Assembly (NCBI GenBank): GCA_934489735.1 | Contig: CAKSSR010000009.1 | Location: 4,856 to 68,855 of the forward strand | Length of the DNA stretch: 64,000 nt | Direction of reading: 5' to 3' | Source of the DNA: an uncultured Eubacteriales bacterium | GTDB taxonomy: Bacteria; Bacillota; Clostridia; Oscillospirales; Acutalibacteraceae | Shown here: positions 43,997 to 54,275 of the stretch, piece by piece | How positions within the stretch are numbered: position 1 is the first letter of the stretch | Layout: every line of letters begins with the position of its first letter | Made by a program: the position numbers and the translations under genes | The notes under the pieces: generated by a model | The model's input: only the letters and a program-made list of their open reading frames with translations | Told to the model about the DNA's origin: nothing | Databases searched by the model: none

Positions 43997-44764
43997 ATGC
44001 ATTATTTAATATTAACTAAGAGAAAAATAATGATATTTAGCTTATGTTTTGTACTAGGATTATTTACTTTATTAGTATCATTTAATGGGATATCATCAGT
44101 AGTAAGCGCATCTAATACAGAGAAAAAGATTCCAATATACTGCGTGGACAAGAAGGAAAAAAAGATAAGCATTTCTTTTGATGCGGCATGGGGAAATGAA
44201 CAGACTCAAGAACTTTTGGATATTTTAAGTCAATACAACGTAAAGACGACATTTTTTTTGGTAGGCAGTTGGGTAGATAAGTATCCGGAATCAGTAAAAG
44301 CAATAAGCGATGCAGGACATGACGTGGGAAATCATTCAAATACTCACCCTCATATGACTAAACTATCTAAAGAAAAAGAAAAAGAAGAAATAAGTCTATG
44401 TAATGAAAAGATATATAAAATAACAAATAAGAAACCAACATTGTTTAGACCACCGTATGGAGACTATAACAACAGCGTGGTAGAAAGTGTGAGAGAATTA
44501 GGTATGCATTGTATACAATGGGACGTTGATAGCTTAGACTGGAAAGACCCGACATCTGAAGAAATGTTGAAGAAAGTGACAGAAAGTATAAAACCGGGAT
44601 CAATTGTATTATTCCATAATGGAGCAAAGAACACTCCTAAGACACTTCCTAAGACGATAGAAGCTATTAAGAACCAAGGCTATGAAATAGTGCCTATATC
44701 TGAATTAATTCTTCAAGGAGAGTATAAGACAGATCATGAAGGGAAACAAATATTATGTAACTAA
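43997..44764 (+). CDS. polysaccharide/peptidoglycan deacetylase (NodB homology domain)
   Basis: ISISFDAAWG, TFFLVG, GHDVGNHSNTHPHM, RPPYGDYN and LFHNG motifs, plus an N-terminal TM/signal segment. Confidence 0.88.
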   Translation: MHYLILTKRKIMIFSLCFVLGLFTLLVSFNGISSVVSASNTEKKIPIYCVDKKEKKISISFDAAWGNEQTQELLDILSQYNVKTTFFLVGSWVDKYPESVKAISDAGHDVGNHSNTHPHMTKLSKEKEKEEISLCNEKIYKITNKKPTLFRPPYGDYNNSVVESVRELGMHCIQWDVDSLDWKDPTSEEMLKKVTESIKPGSIVLFHNGAKNTPKTLPKTIEAIKNQGYEIVPISELILQGEYKTDHEGKQILCN

Positions 44765-44770
44765 ATTAAG

Positions 44771-44807
44771 AGCTACTAAGGAATAATTAAGTCCATAGTA
44801 GCTTTTT
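44771..44807 (+). terminator. rho-independent terminator after the deacetylase gene
   Basis: AGCTACTA ... TAGTAGCT stem followed by TTTTT. Confidence 0.7.
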
Positions 44808-44874
44808 GATTATATTTGATTGAAAAATGTAATCCGAAGTTCACCAAATCTTAAAGAATAATATGTTCGTTTAA

Positions 44875-44908
44875 TAAAAAAATAGGGGAAGGGAATCAAG
44901 AGGTAATA
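44875..44908 (+). mobile_element. short solo fragment matching the 5' end of the ISAs1-like remnant at 46082
   Basis: aaaaaaataggggaagggaaTcaagaggtaatat versus aaaaaataggggaagggaaCcaagaggtaatat at 46082-46114. Confidence 0.55.
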
Positions 44909-45012
44909 TAAAGATAGACTTTTTTTAATTGTCTTCTTTACGGACTTGTTAAAATTTAAAGTCGTTTCTTTTGAGTCTCTTATTCAAAAGGTAATTCCTC
45001 CTAATTATTTTC

Positions 45013-45260
45013 TTACAAATCCTCAATTTTTATTTTATGATTCTTATTTATTCCTTCCTTTTCAAGCCATATATGTACTCTGCGATATCCATAAGTATTT
45101 CGGCTCTTTCCATGGCATTCTCTTATCTTATTGGTTAGCTCTAAATCTCTATCAGGTATTTCTAATCTCTTTAAAAATGCATAATATCCACTGTGGGATA
45201 CTTCTCCTTGGGCTATTTCCCCTTTGTTCTTCCTTTTGAAAAAGCTTCTAATTTGTTCAT
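45013..45260 (-). mobile_element. IS3-family transposase remnant (orfA end / orfB start only)
   Basis: The minus strand reads MNKLEAFSKGRTKGK*. The next frame reads QGEVSHSGYYAFLKRLEIPDRDLELTNKIRECHGKSRNTYGYRRVHIWLEKEGINKNHK..., the typical OrfB HTH_21 region, and then truncates. Confidence 0.6.
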
Positions 45261-45453
45261 AAATCTTTTTACCCCCTTGATATATATTCTACATCAAGAG
45301 GGTTTTCTTTTCAATTATCCTTTTTACAGGCTTGTTCAAGGGGTCGCATTTCTCTAAAAATGGCTTTTATTTCTTTAATTTTTCAATAGAAAAGTTAAAT
45401 TTATCTCCTATAATCCTTCACTTATGTAACAAAGGCCTAAAACTTCCCCTTAT

Positions 45454-45921
45454 TTAATTAGCATTTTCTTGTCCCCATGAAGATTCCCTGTTCAATATGT
45501 CTAGCAACTGTACTGCCGAATTATCCATAACTAAATCACTGCTAGTATTAAGACCACCCACTGCAGATGGGTTTATTTCCGAAATCTTATCGATTATTTT
45601 ATTTGCTATTGCCTCCATTTCGTCCGATTTATAGATATTGTCAAGCCATTCACTTTCATGCTTTTGGGACACTATTTCTTCCTTTTTATCTTTTAAAAAC
45701 TTCCAAAGTTTTTCTTCTATTGCTTGTGCAAGCTCATGTATTCCCGTTCCAGCAAATTCTCCATCTTCAGAACATATCATTTTATTTGAGCCCTCAAAAT
45801 AAACTAATCGAATTGAATTGTTGTCTATAACTTCACGTAGTTCGTCATTTGTGAGTTTTAATTTTTTGTCTGGATCTATATTCATACAATCAAAACCTAA
45901 AACTCCTCCTCTGTTGGTCAT
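45454..45921 (-). CDS. hypothetical protein (155 aa), orphan in the IS-remnant region
   Basis: ATG 45921 after GGGAG (the track ORF starts at 45957). No recognisable motif. Confidence 0.55.
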   Translation of the reverse strand: MTNRGGVLGFDCMNIDPDKKLKLTNDELREVIDNNSIRLVYFEGSNKMICSEDGEFAGTGIHELAQAIEEKLWKFLKDKKEEIVSQKHESEWLDNIYKSDEMEAIANKIIDKISEINPSAVGGLNTSSDLVMDNSAVQLLDILNRESSWGQENAN

Positions 45922-46018
45922 AAAAATCATCTCCCTGAATTTATATTTTTTTAGCATAAAACTAAAATTTTTTAATGTGCGGTGAATTTTTCAATCGTAT
46001 AATCACTGCGACGATAAT

Positions 46019-46048
46019 ATTATAACATACATACGTACTTATTGTCAA
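46019..46048 (-). promoter_or_regulatory. near-consensus sigma-A promoter for the 45454..45921 gene
   Basis: The minus strand reads TTGACA (46048-46043), an 18-nt spacer, then TATAAT (46024-46019). Confidence 0.6.
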
Positions 46049-46081
46049 GTGTTTTTATGTATTTTGCCACATTTGTTTTAT

Positions 46082-46420
46082 AAAAAATAGGGGAAGGGAA
46101 CCAAGAGGTAATATGGGAGAAGAAATTTGCAATAATAGAAGAACCAAGACATTAAGGACATGTTAAATATAAATTAAGTGATATATTGGTAATGTACAAT
46201 TTTTATATGGATTAAATGACGTTTATCAAGAATAAAGCAGACTTTTTTAAGGAGGAATTTGAAATAGGGAAGATACCATTGAAACCGACAATGAAATCGA
46301 GTGCCAAATACAATAGATGGGGAAGAAGTAGGGAAGATAATAATTTAAATAATGAAGAAAATAGTAAGGACAAGGCATAAAGTAATAGCAATTGATAGGA
46401 AAGCGATATGTAACAAATGA
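46082..46420 (+). mobile_element. decayed ISAs1-family transposase remnant (N-terminal part)
   Basis: DNA and peptide similarity to 28183..28745, for example ...INLSDILVMYNFYMD*MTFIKNKADFFKEEFEIGKIPLKP... and ...KVIAIDRKAI. It is interrupted by stops. Confidence 0.55.
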
Positions 46421-46686
46421 AATGAGCCTGAAAAAATTAAATTAGGTATTTACTTTTTTAAGATTTTATGTTATACTTGTTCCAGTGCATAATCTAAACA
46501 ATTTTCTTTGTTTTTCGTAATACTTTCTTTAACCCTTATTATTATATCAACCGTTTAGATTATGTACGCTTTTTTTATTTTTTTTAAAATAATCGGTGAA
46601 TTAATTTTACTGTTTTATGACAAATTTTCAGAAATCTATTGTAACTAGATAAGAAAGTTTAAGATTTTTTAGGAGTAGATAAGCAT

Positions 46687-48252
46687 ATGAATAGAAATGA
46701 AAACGGTAATGGCAATGAGGGATATGAATTTTCAACCTATGTACTTACAGGAGATCGACTTAGAAAGATAGTAGACTCTGTAAAAGAGTATAAGAAACGA
46801 GAATGCTATAGAGCAATTAATGACTTTATTTCAGGAAATATAAGAGATAAAGTATTTATTCTTTATGGCCTACGAAGGACCGGAAAGACTACATTGATCC
46901 GTCAAGTATTATTAAACATGCCTTTAGATAGATTTGAAAAGGCTGCATTTATTCAAATAAAGCCAGGGGATACTTTATCAAATGTTAATCATGACTTAGA
47001 AACTCTTGAGAGGCAAGGATATGAGTATATATTTATTGACGAAGTGACATTAATTGGAGACTTTATTGAAGGAGCAGCAGTATTTTCTGACATTTATGCT
47101 AGCAGTGGGATGAAAGTTGTATTATCAGGAACAGATTCTCTTGGATTTTTGTTTGCAAAGCATGAACAATTGTACGACCGTTGCATTATGCTGCATACGA
47201 CCATCATTTCTTATGGAGAGTTTGAAACGGTTTTAGGCATAAAAGGAATTGATGAGTATATTCGCTATGGAGGGACAATGAGCGTATCGGGAATTAATTA
47301 TAATAAAGGAATAGGGTCATCGTTTTCGACAGAAGAAGCTACAAAAGAATACATAGACAGTGCAATTGCAAAGAATATCCAACATTCTTTAAAGCATTAT
47401 CAGGATGGAGCACATTTCAGAGGATTATATGAATTGTTTAAGGAAGATGAACTAACAAGTGCAATTAATCGAGTCATAGAAGACATAAACCATCGTTTTA
47501 CGAAGGAAGTACTTACAAAGGCTTACAGATCCAATGATTTATCTATATCTGCGAGGAATATGTTGCATGATCGAAGCAATCCAATTGACTTATTTGATAA
47601 TATTGATGATGAATTGGTCAACGACTCTATTAAGAAAATGTTAAATATTCTTGATAAAGACGAGCAAAAGGTAAAAATAGAAGTAGAGCACGCATATCAA
47701 ATTAAAGAATATCTTAATTTATTGGACCTAGTAGCAGAGGTTGATATTAATTATTTGCCAAATACTAATAAAGGGAAGAAAAAAGTAATCATAACGCAGC
47801 CTGGGATGAGATATGCGCAAGCAAAATCACTCATAGGCAGTCTAATGTCAGACAAAATCTTCAATTCCTTATCAATATTAATCAAAAACGAGGTAGTTGA
47901 TCGCATATTAAATGAAATAAAAGGCAGAATGATGGAAGACATAGTGATATTAGAGACAAAGCTTACAAATCCAAGAAAGAAAATATTTCAATTACAGTTT
48001 GCCATTGGGGAATTTGACATGGTAATTCAAGACACAGATAAGCTAACGTGTAAGATATTTGAAATAAAGCACAGTGATAAGGCAGTGGTAAGTCAATATA
48101 GGTACTTGACAGATGAAGAAAAATGTAAAGAAACGGAACATTATTTTGGAAAAGTAGTAGAGAAAAATGTAATATATCGAGGAAATACTAAGAAATTTAA
48201 TGGCATTAGTTATATAAATGTAGAAGAATACTTAAAGTCGCTTAAAGGATAG
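46687..48252 (+). CDS. AAA-type ATPase with C-terminal PD-(D/E)xK-like domain (DUF4143-type ATP-binding protein)
   Basis: Walker A GLRRTGKTTL, Walker B YIFIDEV, and the C-terminal FDMVIQD...CKIFEIKHS (a D...ExK pattern). Confidence 0.7.
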   Translation: MNRNENGNGNEGYEFSTYVLTGDRLRKIVDSVKEYKKRECYRAINDFISGNIRDKVFILYGLRRTGKTTLIRQVLLNMPLDRFEKAAFIQIKPGDTLSNVNHDLETLERQGYEYIFIDEVTLIGDFIEGAAVFSDIYASSGMKVVLSGTDSLGFLFAKHEQLYDRCIMLHTTIISYGEFETVLGIKGIDEYIRYGGTMSVSGINYNKGIGSSFSTEEATKEYIDSAIAKNIQHSLKHYQDGAHFRGLYELFKEDELTSAINRVIEDINHRFTKEVLTKAYRSNDLSISARNMLHDRSNPIDLFDNIDDELVNDSIKKMLNILDKDEQKVKIEVEHAYQIKEYLNLLDLVAEVDINYLPNTNKGKKKVIITQPGMRYAQAKSLIGSLMSDKIFNSLSILIKNEVVDRILNEIKGRMMEDIVILETKLTNPRKKIFQLQFAIGEFDMVIQDTDKLTCKIFEIKHSDKAVVSQYRYLTDEEKCKETEHYFGKVVEKNVIYRGNTKKFNGISYINVEEYLKSLKG

Positions 48253-48270
48253 CTTAAGTTGATGCAAAAA

Positions 48271-48329
48271 AGAGCTTGTATACTAAAGGAAAAATGTTAA
48301 CCAAAGTATACAAGTTCTTTATTTTTTTC
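48271..48329. terminator. bidirectional terminator between convergent genes
   Basis: AGAGCTTGTATACT ... AGTATACAAGTTCT stem, flanked by an A-run upstream and a T-run downstream. Confidence 0.65.
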
Positions 48330-48333
48330 TTAA

Positions 48334-51300
48334 TTATTTCTTCATTTTTTTATTATATATCATTATTCCTGATACCGATAGTACGATTATTCCAAATAAT
48401 ATTAAAGCTGATTTAAACAAATTGTCACCAGTACGTGAGTTTGCGCTATTGCTTACTTTATTACTTGGGCTACTTGGTGAATCAGAGCTGTCGCTTGAAT
48501 ATGTATCGTCAGTGCTGCTGCTATATGAGTTAATATTATTTGTTGAATCGTTTGTAGTAGATCCGTCAGACGAGCCATTATTTGTATCTGATGGGGTTAC
48601 CGTTGAATTGTTGTTACCATCATTATCTGTGCCAGAATTCGTACTGGATGTCACTGTAAAGTTAGTACTTGCTGTCCCGGCACTAGATGCTATATCAATA
48701 CTATGACTTCCTTCTGACAAAGCTTGAAGATATGATGACTTTAGCTCAATTCCGTTATCGGATACATTATAATTTTCACTGTCTATAATCTCGCCGTCTA
48801 CAGACACATTCAATGTTGAATCATCATTATAACTAGTATTCGACTTGAACTCAAGGGACTCATTACTATTCTTTATCCAAGTGCTGTTGGCTCCTTCAAT
48901 TATTCTACTTCCTCCTTTTATTATGACGTCGCTCGGGTTAATTTCGGTCTTGCCTGCTTCATCTGAGAAACATTTTCCGCACCCTGTGCATACATAATGC
49001 TCTATGTTTCCGTCTTTTTCAACAGTTGGTTCAGTTGCTTCAACCTTTTTTATTTCAACGTGGTTATCTGGATCAACTGTTCCAAACTCTTTTCCACAGA
49101 CATTACAAACTTTCCCTTTTACGCAGGTAGGTAACGCTCCTGAGTCGGTATGGTCTACAAAAGATATCGAAAATTCCATCGGCGCATAGTTTCCATCGTC
49201 ATCTTTATCCTTGAATGTTAATATTACTTTGTATTCACCCGTTTCTATATTACATAGTTCATTAATTGAATCTGAATTAATTATATAAGAAGTCTGACCA
49301 AGTGGTTTAGTTTGTTTATTATTATTATGGATTAATGTTATTGATTCGATAACCGAGTCCGATTCAATAGTTAAGTTATCACAGTACTTTCCACCATCTG
49401 CTATTCCAGTTACTTTTGCTTGCTTTTTCTTTTCCCACTTGGCATATAATATTTTGTCAGCTTTATTTCCAAAAGTATTGCTGGTTATTGTTGTGATTGC
49501 TGGTTCAGTAAAGTTCGCATCTGTGTACCAACCTTTAAATATATATCCATCTCTACTGATTTCGTTTGGACCTGGTAATGTAATGTTATCCCCATCTATG
49601 TATAAGAAAGGAATTGTTGATGAATCTGTATCATCTGCTTCTACTCCTTCTACCGTTGTACCTTCGCCGGATAAAAGATTTATTTGCTCTACTGCTCCCG
49701 TTGCAAAACTTGACTCAGTTTCTTCTACATCGCCTGTACTGTTACGTCCATTTTTCCACTGTCCGCTATATTTCATTATCCCTTGAGAATATAACGAGAT
49801 ATATTTCTTCCTTTTTATAAAGCATATTCTAAATATAGGTATATCGTCCGCTGTTAGTCCGTCTTTTTCTATATATAGTTTGCTATCAATTACTTGAGGT
49901 TCGTTGACATTTTCATTAATAATTTCCAAAACGTTCTTGGGATCCTTATAACCATAGCTTTCATTTTTATATGTATCTACATTTTTTGTTCCAGTTTCTT
50001 CACTTTCTTGTCCCATGTATGGGAAGTATTCTTCGGAACTATCAATGGTTTTTAAATAATTATCAACAATTACTCCCGCTTTGTCAGTTTTAGTACTTGC
50101 GTAGGTCTTCGATAGCTTAGCTTCATACTTTGGTTTGTTGATCTTTAATCCACGACTCGTTGATTGGGTTTCCCCATTGGCTCCTATTACTAGTTCTAAT
50201 TTATCATCGGTTGAGCCTATGTACGTTTTTGTAAAGTAAGGATTGTATTTTGGTTTGTAAGTTTTTTTCGTATCGTTAGCATTCTTTTTTATTTCCTCTA
50301 AATCTCCTACAAAGTCCTTTATCTCTTCTATCCTGTCGAATTTATATAGTTCTACTTTGTAAGGAAGACCTGTCTTCGCTTGCCATTGAGCTGTATATGT
50401 TTCTTTTAGGATAGTTTCTTCTTTTTTATTTGCTTTACGTATCATATTTAAAATTACCTGAATTGAACTTGATTTTATTATTTTGTTCGTTCCATCTTCG
50501 TGCTGGTATCCGGTAAATAAATATCCCTTTCTTTCTACCTTTATACTTGGAATTTTTGATATTAATTCAGAAATTGTAGATGTTTTTACTGTAGCAGTAG
50601 TACTGTGGTCGCTACCATTGTCAATGTATGTGACTGTCATAACATATTCATATTCATCAGGTTTATTTTCTATTGCCGCCTTTTTAATGGTTATTGTAAC
50701 GTCTTTATTGGTTGTTATTTCTCCACTTTTATTTGGATCTGGATCTTCAAATTTAAAGGTTCCGTTATTCGATTCAAATGTAGCTTCTATTTGTTTTGTG
50801 ACATCCTCTATATCCTTATTATCACCTATATACTCATTTCCCGAATTAAATCCATTTAGTTTAGGTAGCTCTCCCTCTGCTCCTTTCCATATCTCTGAAT
50901 CTTCACCATTTCCATCATTTAAAGCACTAGACTTACCTGTTGCTTCTTCATTAGCAAAACAGTTGCTTATCTTTACTTCGTCTGAGGTACGGGTAGGGTA
51001 GCTTTCGCTTTGATAGCCACATATTGCCCCTTCGTTTACATTTTCTTCAACTTGCTTAGTCACTGGGCAGGTGTTATAAGAGTTTTTAATGAGACTATAT
51101 TCAGTATTGTAACCGCATATACCTCCTATGTCATCTTCTCCTAAAACTTCTCCTTGTTTACCGTTGTAATCACTATTATAACAGTTGTTAATTCCAGTAT
51201 CACCTCTGCTAAATCCACATATTCCTCCAATATTTTGTATGCCTGCTACAGTTGAGCCTTCATTGAAACATTCCTCTATAGTACCTCCGTTACATCCGCA

Positions 51301-51978
51301 TATGCCTCCTACAAAGTTCTTTCCTAAAATGTTGCAATATGGTTTGAAAACTTTATCTGGTTTAGAAACACTTTTTTCTATTTCTTCCATACTCTTTCCT
51401 TGATTTTTTAAATATTTAACCTCAGCATTATATGCCTCCATCCTTTTTAAGTATTTACTATACTCTTCACATGCTTTTATATATTTGTCGTAATCTGTAT
51501 ATATCTTAACAGTATACGTACCGTTTACATTTTCCCCTTCATATGTTCTATCTTCAACAGGTCCTGGATCAGATAATGTCTCTGTTATCAGTCCAAGCTT
51601 CTTTATGCTTCCGTTGCTTAAACCAAATATGCCTGCATATTCCTCTGAATTAATGCTGACATTCTTTATTATATGATAATCACCGTCAAATGTCCCCGTG
51701 TAAGGATGCTTTTTGTTCCCTATCGGTACAAAGCTCTCATGCTCAAAGTCTAAGTTGCTGAGTAACTTGGCACTACCATTGTTCTTTAAACCGCTATTAC
51801 CATTGTTTACACTTTCGCTAAGCCAGTTAAGCTCTTCTATGCTCGATATAAGATAAAACTCACCATTGCTTGGCGGCTCTATTGAGTTAGCTTGCACTAT
51901 GCCAAATATAAATGACATCATTATTATTGAATTTATAATTGTACTTAAAATCGATTTGTTCGATTTCATTTTTACCAT
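48334..51978 (-). CDS. 1214-aa cell-surface protein with GLUG-type and Listeria-Bacteroides (InlB B-type) repeats and an LPXTG-like sorting signal
   Basis: Signal peptide present. VGGICGCNGGTIEECFNEG / IGGICGF / IGGICGYN (GLUG-like) and GYIFKGWYTDANFTEP...LYAKW. A Ser/Thr/Asn-rich stalk precedes the C-terminal NSRTGDN, a TM segment and KKMKK. Confidence 0.8.
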   Translation of the reverse strand: MVKMKSNKSILSTIINSIIMMSFIFGIVQANSIEPPSNGEFYLISSIEELNWLSESVNNGNSGLKNNGSAKLLSNLDFEHESFVPIGNKKHPYTGTFDGDYHIIKNVSINSEEYAGIFGLSNGSIKKLGLITETLSDPGPVEDRTYEGENVNGTYTVKIYTDYDKYIKACEEYSKYLKRMEAYNAEVKYLKNQGKSMEEIEKSVSKPDKVFKPYCNILGKNFVGGICGCNGGTIEECFNEGSTVAGIQNIGGICGFSRGDTGINNCYNSDYNGKQGEVLGEDDIGGICGYNTEYSLIKNSYNTCPVTKQVEENVNEGAICGYQSESYPTRTSDEVKISNCFANEEATGKSSALNDGNGEDSEIWKGAEGELPKLNGFNSGNEYIGDNKDIEDVTKQIEATFESNNGTFKFEDPDPNKSGEITTNKDVTITIKKAAIENKPDEYEYVMTVTYIDNGSDHSTTATVKTSTISELISKIPSIKVERKGYLFTGYQHEDGTNKIIKSSSIQVILNMIRKANKKEETILKETYTAQWQAKTGLPYKVELYKFDRIEEIKDFVGDLEEIKKNANDTKKTYKPKYNPYFTKTYIGSTDDKLELVIGANGETQSTSRGLKINKPKYEAKLSKTYASTKTDKAGVIVDNYLKTIDSSEEYFPYMGQESEETGTKNVDTYKNESYGYKDPKNVLEIINENVNEPQVIDSKLYIEKDGLTADDIPIFRICFIKRKKYISLYSQGIMKYSGQWKNGRNSTGDVEETESSFATGAVEQINLLSGEGTTVEGVEADDTDSSTIPFLYIDGDNITLPGPNEISRDGYIFKGWYTDANFTEPAITTITSNTFGNKADKILYAKWEKKKQAKVTGIADGGKYCDNLTIESDSVIESITLIHNNNKQTKPLGQTSYIINSDSINELCNIETGEYKVILTFKDKDDDGNYAPMEFSISFVDHTDSGALPTCVKGKVCNVCGKEFGTVDPDNHVEIKKVEATEPTVEKDGNIEHYVCTGCGKCFSDEAGKTEINPSDVIIKGGSRIIEGANSTWIKNSNESLEFKSNTSYNDDSTLNVSVDGEIIDSENYNVSDNGIELKSSYLQALSEGSHSIDIASSAGTASTNFTVTSSTNSGTDNDGNNNSTVTPSDTNNGSSDGSTTNDSTNNINSYSSSTDDTYSSDSSDSPSSPSNKVSNSANSRTGDNLFKSALILFGIIVLSVSGIMIYNKKMKK

Positions 51979-52399
51979 CTCCTTTTATTTTAATTAGTAC
52001 TTTTTAAATATCAATCCTATTAATTTTTTACACCTCCTCATACTTTTGGTCACCAATATTAAATTAATATGTAATTATTATACATACTAAATTCTTAATT
52101 GTAAATAGTTTTTTTATTTTTTGTTTACATAACTAATTCTGTGCATAAAAATTATGTCGATTTCATAACATGAATGTCGCTAATTTATAAATAATGCTTC
52201 ATCGCTTTAACATATCCTTTCAATAACTTAATAATTCGTAAAAAATTCCCTATTTTATTACTAATTAATATAAAATTTTTATATTTTTTCTTCACATCAC
52301 TTGACTAATCTGTAATTATATTGTATAATATTATTGTTGTTAGTTGAATTTTGTTCAGCATATGCAATAATATTACTTGATAAAAGGAGATGATTTTAA

Positions 52400-52558
52400 A
52401 TGTTGGCCTCTATTTTCGGTTTGGGATTCTGCTCCCTTTTGGCCGCTGGTGCCTCATATCTTAATTTCACTGGCGCTAAAAAGTCTTTGGGTGACTGGCA
52501 GAAGGATTATTATAGAGATTTAAATAAAAATGTCACCCCAGACATAGAAAAATATTAA
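52400..52558 (+). CDS. 52-aa small membrane protein
   Basis: My own translation: MLASIFGLGFCSLLAAGASYLNFTGAKKSLGDWQKDYYRDLNKNVTPDIEKY. AAAGGAGA RBS. It falls below the track cut-off. Confidence 0.5.
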   Translation: MLASIFGLGFCSLLAAGASYLNFTGAKKSLGDWQKDYYRDLNKNVTPDIEKY

Positions 52559-52613
52559 AAATATGTGAGATTTTTTGACGCATACTTGTAAAATATAAAC
52601 AAAATTTAAGGAG

Positions 52614-53762
52614 ATGATGATTATGCCAGAAGAAACAGCTTCGGATGTGGCTTGTAAAGTTATAGGAACAACAGTTGTATATATAGGGATGGGTACATTA
52701 GAAGTAGTTGGAGTAACAGGAGATTTGCTAGACAAAGGAGCAAAGGCTGTAGCTAGTACGTATAGCGTTGGGAAGGGGGTTGTTAATGGTCTTGTTAGTG
52801 GTACGGTTAATTTGACTAAGTGGCTCTTTGGGGGAAAATCAGGAAGCGAACAATCACAAGACAAATTTATAGAAGAGGCAAAACAGTTTGAAAAAATCGT
52901 ACCTGAAAAGATGGCAGAGGCGATAGCGTTAGATACTACATTAAAGAGTGCAGTGCAATCAAGTAATCCAGATGCCGGTAAAGGTGAAGGAATTGTTGAA
53001 AGCTTGACTGAACTTGGAAAAGTAAGTACGGAGCTAAAAGGAAATACGAAAAAACTAGAAGCTGATACTGAAACTATAAGTCAAGATAATTCAAGGCTAG
53101 AAAACGGAATGAAGGCTATAGGTAGCGTGGTAGCAAATACGAGTGAGAGTACTAAGGTAATAAGTCCCGAGACTCATGAAAAGATGAGTCAAAGAATAGA
53201 AGAAAAACAAGATAAAATGGAAAAAATAGAAAAGAAAAAAGCTGAATTATTAGCTAAAAATGAAGGTATAGTTGAAGAAACAAAGGAACTTGCAGAAAAG
53301 CAAACAGAAATATTCGAACAAGTTCAAGGGGATGTACAGGCGGCAGAGGAAGAATTAAAAGGAATGAACAAAAGTTTAAGTGCAGTTAAAGAGCAAGTGA
53401 GCAATTTTGTTTCAAATACTACTGGACAGTCTTTAAGTGATATTCAACCAGTAGATCCTGAAGAAGTATCGCAAAAAATTGAAGAAAAATATGTTGAATC
53501 AACAGATAAAATGGAGGAAATTTTAAGTAAGATTGAGACTAAGACAGCTTCACTGAAGGAGGCTTATGAACAAGCTAATAAAGTTTTGATAGAAAGAAAA
53601 ACAGATGATAATGCTAAAATGCCGAATCACTTTGATAATTACAGTGACGTGGAACAACGCAGTTTATATTTTGATGGGATAATTGAAAGTTGTGACAAAG
53701 CAAAAAACCTTGTTGAAGAATGTAGAAATTTAATGAGCACATGTAAAAGTTTATGTTCGTAA
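52614..53762 (+). CDS. 382-aa protein: Gly/Val-rich hydrophobic N-terminus plus a long coiled-coil
   Basis: Track ORF. N-terminal VIGTTVVYIGMGTLEVVGVTGDLLDKGAKAVASTYSVGKGVVNGLVSGTV, followed by E/K-rich heptad-like sequence. Confidence 0.6.
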   Translation: MMIMPEETASDVACKVIGTTVVYIGMGTLEVVGVTGDLLDKGAKAVASTYSVGKGVVNGLVSGTVNLTKWLFGGKSGSEQSQDKFIEEAKQFEKIVPEKMAEAIALDTTLKSAVQSSNPDAGKGEGIVESLTELGKVSTELKGNTKKLEADTETISQDNSRLENGMKAIGSVVANTSESTKVISPETHEKMSQRIEEKQDKMEKIEKKKAELLAKNEGIVEETKELAEKQTEIFEQVQGDVQAAEEELKGMNKSLSAVKEQVSNFVSNTTGQSLSDIQPVDPEEVSQKIEEKYVESTDKMEEILSKIETKTASLKEAYEQANKVLIERKTDDNAKMPNHFDNYSDVEQRSLYFDGIIESCDKAKNLVEECRNLMSTCKSLCS

Positions 53763-53795
53763 CCTAAAATTTAAAAATTAGAAGAGGTGATATAT

Positions 53796-54275
53796 ATGAT
53801 GGATAATAGTATTGAAGATTTTTTGGATGGAAATATCTCATCAGGCTCAGTTTTTTATGATGACGTAGCTTTGAAAGCTATTGTTAATGGACTTGAAGGG
53901 ATAAAAATTTGTCTAAATGTTATTGTTGATCAAAAGGAAAACATAGAAAGATTAAATAAACTACAGGATTCTTTTAATAGTTTTGCAACAGTGAATCAAA
54001 ATAAAGAGAAATTAGAAAAAGGCATAGAAAAATTTAAAGAAATGAAAAAACAAGAAGTTGATACTAAGAAAGACATTAGATCTTTAATAAAGAAATATGA
54101 GGAGATGGCTGAAGCGGGTCCAAGCAAGAAAGAAATACAAAGCATATCAAAAGAGGCAATAGCTGGTCTTGATGCGCATGTAGGTACACCTGAAAAAAGA
54201 AGTGAAAAAGAAAAAGTCGATAGAAGGAAGAGTACTAGAAGCAGCCATGAAAAGAAGGGAAGAGCTATGTCGTAA
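53796..54275 (+). CDS. 159-aa helical, Lys/Glu-rich hypothetical protein
   Basis: ATG 53796 after GAGGTG (the track ORF starts at GTG 53787). Confidence 0.55.
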   Translation: MMDNSIEDFLDGNISSGSVFYDDVALKAIVNGLEGIKICLNVIVDQKENIERLNKLQDSFNSFATVNQNKEKLEKGIEKFKEMKKQEVDTKKDIRSLIKKYEEMAEAGPSKKEIQSISKEAIAGLDAHVGTPEKRSEKEKVDRRKSTRSSHEKKGRAMS

